Shown here piece by piece: positions 43,833-46,622 of a stretch of DNA of 46,622 nt. The DNA lies in the NCBI GenBank assembly GCA_038209025.1, contig JBBQYD010000002.1, positions 1 to 46,622 of the forward strand. The letters run 5' to 3'. Within the stretch, counting starts at the first letter, position 1. Every line of letters begins with the position of its first letter. A program made the translations under genes and the position numbers. The notes beneath the pieces are model-generated. The model did no database searches and was not told where the DNA came from. It saw only the letters and a program-made list of their open reading frames with translations. Source of the DNA: Verrucomicrobiota bacterium. GTDB taxonomy: Bacteria > Verrucomicrobiota > Verrucomicrobiia > Limisphaerales > UBA8199.

Positions 43833-44543
43833 ATGAGCTCGGATGGGATCACGCCAAGCCTGGGGAACATGCCTTTTGACAAAGGCGGCCACTCCGAGGC
43901 TGGGCATGTGCCAGTGCCGCGCCAGGTTCTGCACGATGTCAATAATCTGCTGACCAGCATTCATTCCGGCATCGACCTTGCCTTGACGGGCGAACTTCCG
44001 GCGAACCTCCGAGCCTTCCTGCACGAAGCCCAGAACAGCGCCCGGAAAGGGGCTCAATTGCTCAATGCCTGCCGACAGCGGCATTCGGAAGCGCCTGCCG
44101 CTCCTGGCGGCGCTTGCCAGGAACCCGCCCAGAAATCAGCCTTGGAACCGGAATGCCTGGAAGGGAACGAGCGGATTCTGATCGCGGATGACCAACATGG
44201 CTTCCGCATGCTGCTGCGAGCCGTGCTGGCCTACCGTGGGTACCAGGTTGCCGAGGCAGTCAATGGGGAGGAAGCGGCTTGCATGGTAGCGGCGGCAGAT
44301 CCTCCTTTTTCGCTTGTGATTCTCGATGTTGGCATGCCCATAAAGGGTGGGTTGGAGGTTCTGCCATCAATGCGCGAACGTTTTCCGAACCTGCCCGCTT
44401 TGGTGCTCAGCGGGAGCGTGGATTTCTACACCGTTCACCCGGAAGGAGGCAGGAGCTTGACCGCTTTTCTCGCCAAGCCTTTTGACAATATTGAGCTGCT
44501 CCGCACGGTGCGCCGTTTGTTGGATCTTGCGAAACCCGGCTGA
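43833..44543 (+). CDS. HisKA-like phosphotransfer segment + receiver domain protein (no ATPase domain)
   Basis: N-terminal RQVLHDVNNLLTSIHSGIDLAL (H-box-like AHDxNNLLT). REC: ILIADDQHGFRMLL..LVILDVGMPIKGG..LVLSGS..LAKPFD. ATG at 43833. Confidence 0.75.
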   Translation: MSSDGITPSLGNMPFDKGGHSEAGHVPVPRQVLHDVNNLLTSIHSGIDLALTGELPANLRAFLHEAQNSARKGAQLLNACRQRHSEAPAAPGGACQEPAQKSALEPECLEGNERILIADDQHGFRMLLRAVLAYRGYQVAEAVNGEEAACMVAAADPPFSLVILDVGMPIKGGLEVLPSMRERFPNLPALVLSGSVDFYTVHPEGGRSLTAFLAKPFDNIELLRTVRRLLDLAKPG

Positions 44544-44590
44544 CACTGGGGAAAAGGTGAAGACGCGCCCCTGGCGAGGACCTGATGAAT

Positions 44591-44995
44591 TCAGGAGTAA
44601 GTCCGCCAAGCTTCCGTGGTAGGCGCGCCGTAAGCTTTTTGCACACCCTGCAAGGTGCGGGAGGACTGGTCCAGGAGCGACAGGCCGGCTTTCACCCTGG
44701 TTTGGCGGGTGCGCAGGGCCTCCTGATTCTGCCGTTCACAGGAGAGCAATTCATCGACGAGCGCTCGAAATTTCTGCCGCTGGGCTTGAGCCGCCATTTC
44801 TCCGTTGGTGAACTGGCCACGCCAGGCTTCCAAGGCTGACGTCAGGATCGGCATTAACTCCTGCTTGGCCGCTTGCTGCCCGTTGAGCCCCGGCCAGTTT
44901 TCGCGCTCGATCTCCTGGCGTTCCGCCAGGGTGATTGCCTGCCACCTGGCCAACAGGCCGGCCAGCTCCGATTCACTGATAAATGTGTCAGACAC
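44591..44995 (-). CDS. Hypothetical coiled-coil protein downstream of fliS (possible FlgN/FliT-like flagellar chaperone; function tentative)
   Basis: The ORF runs to 45073, but that start overlaps fliS by 86 nt. A GTG at 44995 gives an 8-nt GTGTCTGA overlap with the fliS stop. Helical, Q/E/R/L-rich composition and about 134 aa, in the position usually held by a flagellar export chaperone. Confidence 0.45.
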   Translation of the reverse strand: MSDTFISESELAGLLARWQAITLAERQEIERENWPGLNGQQAAKQELMPILTSALEAWRGQFTNGEMAAQAQRQKFRALVDELLSCERQNQEALRTRQTRVKAGLSLLDQSSRTLQGVQKAYGAPTTEAWRTYS

Positions 44996-45425
44996 AGGCC
45001 GAAAGTGTAGTGCGGCCATTCGCTGCCAGGGCGTCTCCCGCCTGGCCAGAGAGCATCTGGCGCCAGGCATCACGCAACACCGTCAACCGGCGAATAGTTT
45101 CCTGGATGCCCGCCGGTTCTTTTCTCAAGTTGCTCTCCGACAGCTTGTGATCCATGTATTCGTAAAGATGGTGCAGGGTTGATGCCAGTTCCCCTCCCCG
45201 CTGCAAATCCAAGGACGTGTTGAGTTCCGAGATGATCTCTTGAGCGCGCTGAACGTTATTGTGAATGGTCTGGTTGCTTTCGAGGGGATCGTCAAAATTG
45301 AAGCCGGTGAGGGCTTGTTCCAGGAAGCGCAGAGCGCCGTCATAGAGCATGGAAACGAGCTGACCTGGAGGCGCTGTTTGTGTGGTGACAATGTGATAAG
45401 ATTGCCAAGGCCGGTTGTAATTCAT
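44988..45425 (-). CDS. fliS: Flagellar export chaperone FliS
   Basis: QSYHIVTTQTAPPGQLVSMLYDGALRFLEQA, RAQEIISELNTSLDLQRGGELASTLHHLYEYM, and LTVLRDAWRQM together match the FliS four-helix signature (LxxMLYDGAxRFL ... I..L..sLd...GgelA.nL..LY.Y). Confidence 0.85.
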   Translation of the reverse strand: MNYNRPWQSYHIVTTQTAPPGQLVSMLYDGALRFLEQALTGFNFDDPLESNQTIHNNVQRAQEIISELNTSLDLQRGGELASTLHHLYEYMDHKLSESNLRKEPAGIQETIRRLTVLRDAWRQMLSGQAGDALAANGRTTLSACV

Positions 45426-45443
45426 AGTTGCAAAAAGCCGGGA

Positions 45444-45710
45444 TTAAGAGGTGCTCTGGGTTAAATCGATGGCGAGCAGGTTGGCGATGCGCCGGATGGC
45501 TTCCGCCGGGGGGTAGTGGGGGTCATCGACCAGGCCCTTGGCTTTCAGGACAGCCTCTGGCCGGACATCCGGCGTGGACTTCAGCGCTTGGTTAAGGGCA
45601 TCGACGTTGCCGAACTCCGCCTGATCGCGTTCGTTTCGCACGGGAGGGTTGGCCGACTGCCGGGTGATGTTCCCGGGCGCGTTCGTATTATTACTTGGAT
45701 TGACTTGCAT
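45444..45710 (-). CDS. flgM: Anti-sigma-28 factor FlgM-like protein
   Basis: 88 aa with a disordered N-terminus. The C-terminal DQAEFGNVDALNQALKSTPDVRPEAVLKAKGLVDDPHYPPAEAIRRIANLL fits the FlgM C-terminal pattern (D.v.lS...l...l...p.vR.ekV..lk..I..G.Y.v....iA..ll). Confidence 0.6.
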   Translation of the reverse strand: MQVNPSNNTNAPGNITRQSANPPVRNERDQAEFGNVDALNQALKSTPDVRPEAVLKAKGLVDDPHYPPAEAIRRIANLLAIDLTQSTS

Positions 45711-45734
45711 AGGTTCTGGCTTTCGCAGTCCCTT

Positions 45735-46445
45735 TTAATTCTTCGTACCATGTTCTTCGGCAGTTTTTGGAATTACTTTAGGACTATTGCGGGCTGGCAG
45801 GGTCGAGGCCACCGCCCAGGCGGTGTACTGTCCAAAGCGCCGGGGGGAGCGCAGCAAGGACGGGCCATCTGGGGAGCCCGAGGACGGGCTCATGTTCTGG
45901 CGGGCGTACGCCTCAGCCGCCGCCATCACCGCTGGGTTGCCGGCATCAAATACTTCATCCACCGCCCAGCATATCCTGGCTGATTGCGCGTCCACCAACC
46001 GGGCGGTCCACCCGACCCGCAACGGCGGATAAGCTCTAAAGGAGGATATTTCGCAAAAAATGACCGCGTCACAACCCGTTTTAAGCCGCAGTTGCTCGAG
46101 AAAACGGGGAGGCAGTTCTTTGGCGGCCTGCCAGACGGAGCTGCCGCTCCAAACCCGCAAGTCCGCGCTGTTCACTGGGACGATCTCAAACCGTGCCTGC
46201 TGGCGCAATTCAGCCAACCAGATAGGTTCCAGGATTTGGGGCGCCTCGGCGCTGAGCGGGTCCTGGCCACTGACCCCAACCGGCAGAACGGCCACCCGTT
46301 TCCAGGCCGCCGGCAACACGGGCGGGGAGGCGAACACGTTCCTGGGTACATAGGGCGTTACCAGCAAATGCCGCGTGCGTGGGGATGAAGCGCAGCCCAG
46401 AAGGCTGAGCGCCAGGAGGCAGCAGCAGTATCGCATGATAGTCAC
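45735..46445 (-). CDS. Lipoprotein of unknown function, first gene of the flgM-fliS transcription unit
   Basis: MRYCCCLLALSLLGCASS carries a canonical lipobox (LLGC). The ATG at 46436 is probably the true start, and the listed start at 46445 is a GTG. Central VAVLPVGVSG.. and CDAVIFCEI.. recall DUF799/LpoB-like OM lipoproteins (weak). Confidence 0.7.
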   Translation of the reverse strand: MTIMRYCCCLLALSLLGCASSPRTRHLLVTPYVPRNVFASPPVLPAAWKRVAVLPVGVSGQDPLSAEAPQILEPIWLAELRQQARFEIVPVNSADLRVWSGSSVWQAAKELPPRFLEQLRLKTGCDAVIFCEISSFRAYPPLRVGWTARLVDAQSARICWAVDEVFDAGNPAVMAAAEAYARQNMSPSSGSPDGPSLLRSPRRFGQYTAWAVASTLPARNSPKVIPKTAEEHGTKN

Positions 46446-46452
46446 AGGGAGG

Positions 46453-46483
46453 TTATCGGCTGGAAAGCGGGGCCACTCAAGAC
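46453..46483 (-). promoter_or_regulatory. Candidate sigma-28 (FliA) promoter for the lipoprotein-flgM-fliS unit
   Basis: The minus strand reads GTCTTGAGTGGCCCCGCTTTCCA-GCCGATAA. The -10 element GCCGATAA (46460-46453) matches the sigma-28 consensus perfectly. The -35 position has TTGAG/TGAG instead of TAAA. The predicted TSS is near 46445, only about 9 nt before the ATG at 46436. Confidence 0.45.
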
Positions 46484-46527
46484 AAAACCTCCCGGGAGGC
46501 GGGCCGCCTTCCGGGAGGGTGAGTTTT
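46484..46527 (-). terminator. Rho-independent terminator after the flagellin gene
   Basis: The minus-strand RNA CCUCCCGGAAGGC-GGCCC-GCCUCCCGGGAGG forms a 12-bp stem with one mismatch, followed by UUUU. It begins about 12 nt after the flagellin stop. Confidence 0.75.
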
Positions 46528-46538
46528 CAGAACCAGGT

Positions 46539-46622
46539 CTAGCCGAGGAGCCGCAGAGCGGACTGCGGGCTGGCGTTGGCCTGAGCCAACATCGCCGTGC
46601 CGGACTGGACGAGGATGTTGTA
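46539..46622 (-). CDS. fliC: Flagellin, C-terminal 27 codons only (gene continues beyond the window end)
   Basis: The reverse-strand translation YNILVQSGTAMLAQANASPQSALRLLG* matches the conserved flagellin C-terminus (..NILQQAGTSVLAQANQ.PQ.VLSLL.). Stop at 46539-46541. Confidence 0.8.
   Translation of the reverse strand, partial: YNILVQSGTAMLAQANASPQSALRLLG

Overview
High-GC (about 60%) chromosomal window. The gene content suggests a PVC-superphylum bacterium (Verrucomicrobiota/Planctomycetota-like): a giant modular surface protein, several proteins with prepilin-type N-terminal FT(L/V)(I/T)E motifs, and flagellar genes. This taxon call is an inference, not a database result. I support about 37 protein genes, and housekeeping islands alternate with accessory and signalling blocks. 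Housekeeping genes are pyrR-pyrB, apbC/mrp, ribBA-ribH, purA and uppS. Accessory blocks, left to right: (i) a 5'-truncated surface protein of more than 1640 aa with nested tandem repeats; (ii) a decayed group II intron RT/maturase relic; (iii) a frameshifted YfiR/DUF4154 gene whose restored stop overlaps (ATGA) the start of a REC-PAS-HK-REC hybrid kinase; (iv) an orphan pseudopilin cluster (one major-type pseudopilin plus a three-gene minor pseudopilin/PilX-like operon) next to a secreted metzincin; (v) a tightly packed SAM-methyltransferase / polytopic histidine kinase / REC-with-kinase-like-output operon, followed by a His-less REC-GAF-PAS-kinase and divergent from a FadL-family outer-membrane channel; (vi) a PAS-kinase / REC-HD-GYP pair with a divergent HisKA-REC protein, adjacent to late flagellar genes (flagellin 3' end, lipoprotein, flgM-like, fliS). 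Block (v) is the most interesting item. Its order and domain architecture mirror the Ralstonia phcBSR(Q) fatty-acid-methyl-ester quorum-sensing locus. The window holds 8 two-component-type proteins in 46.6 kb. I found no rRNA, tRNA or CRISPR array. All product calls rest on motifs read by eye from the supplied translations. No searches were run. The ORF track uses alternative start codons, so several listed starts were moved to internal ATGs.
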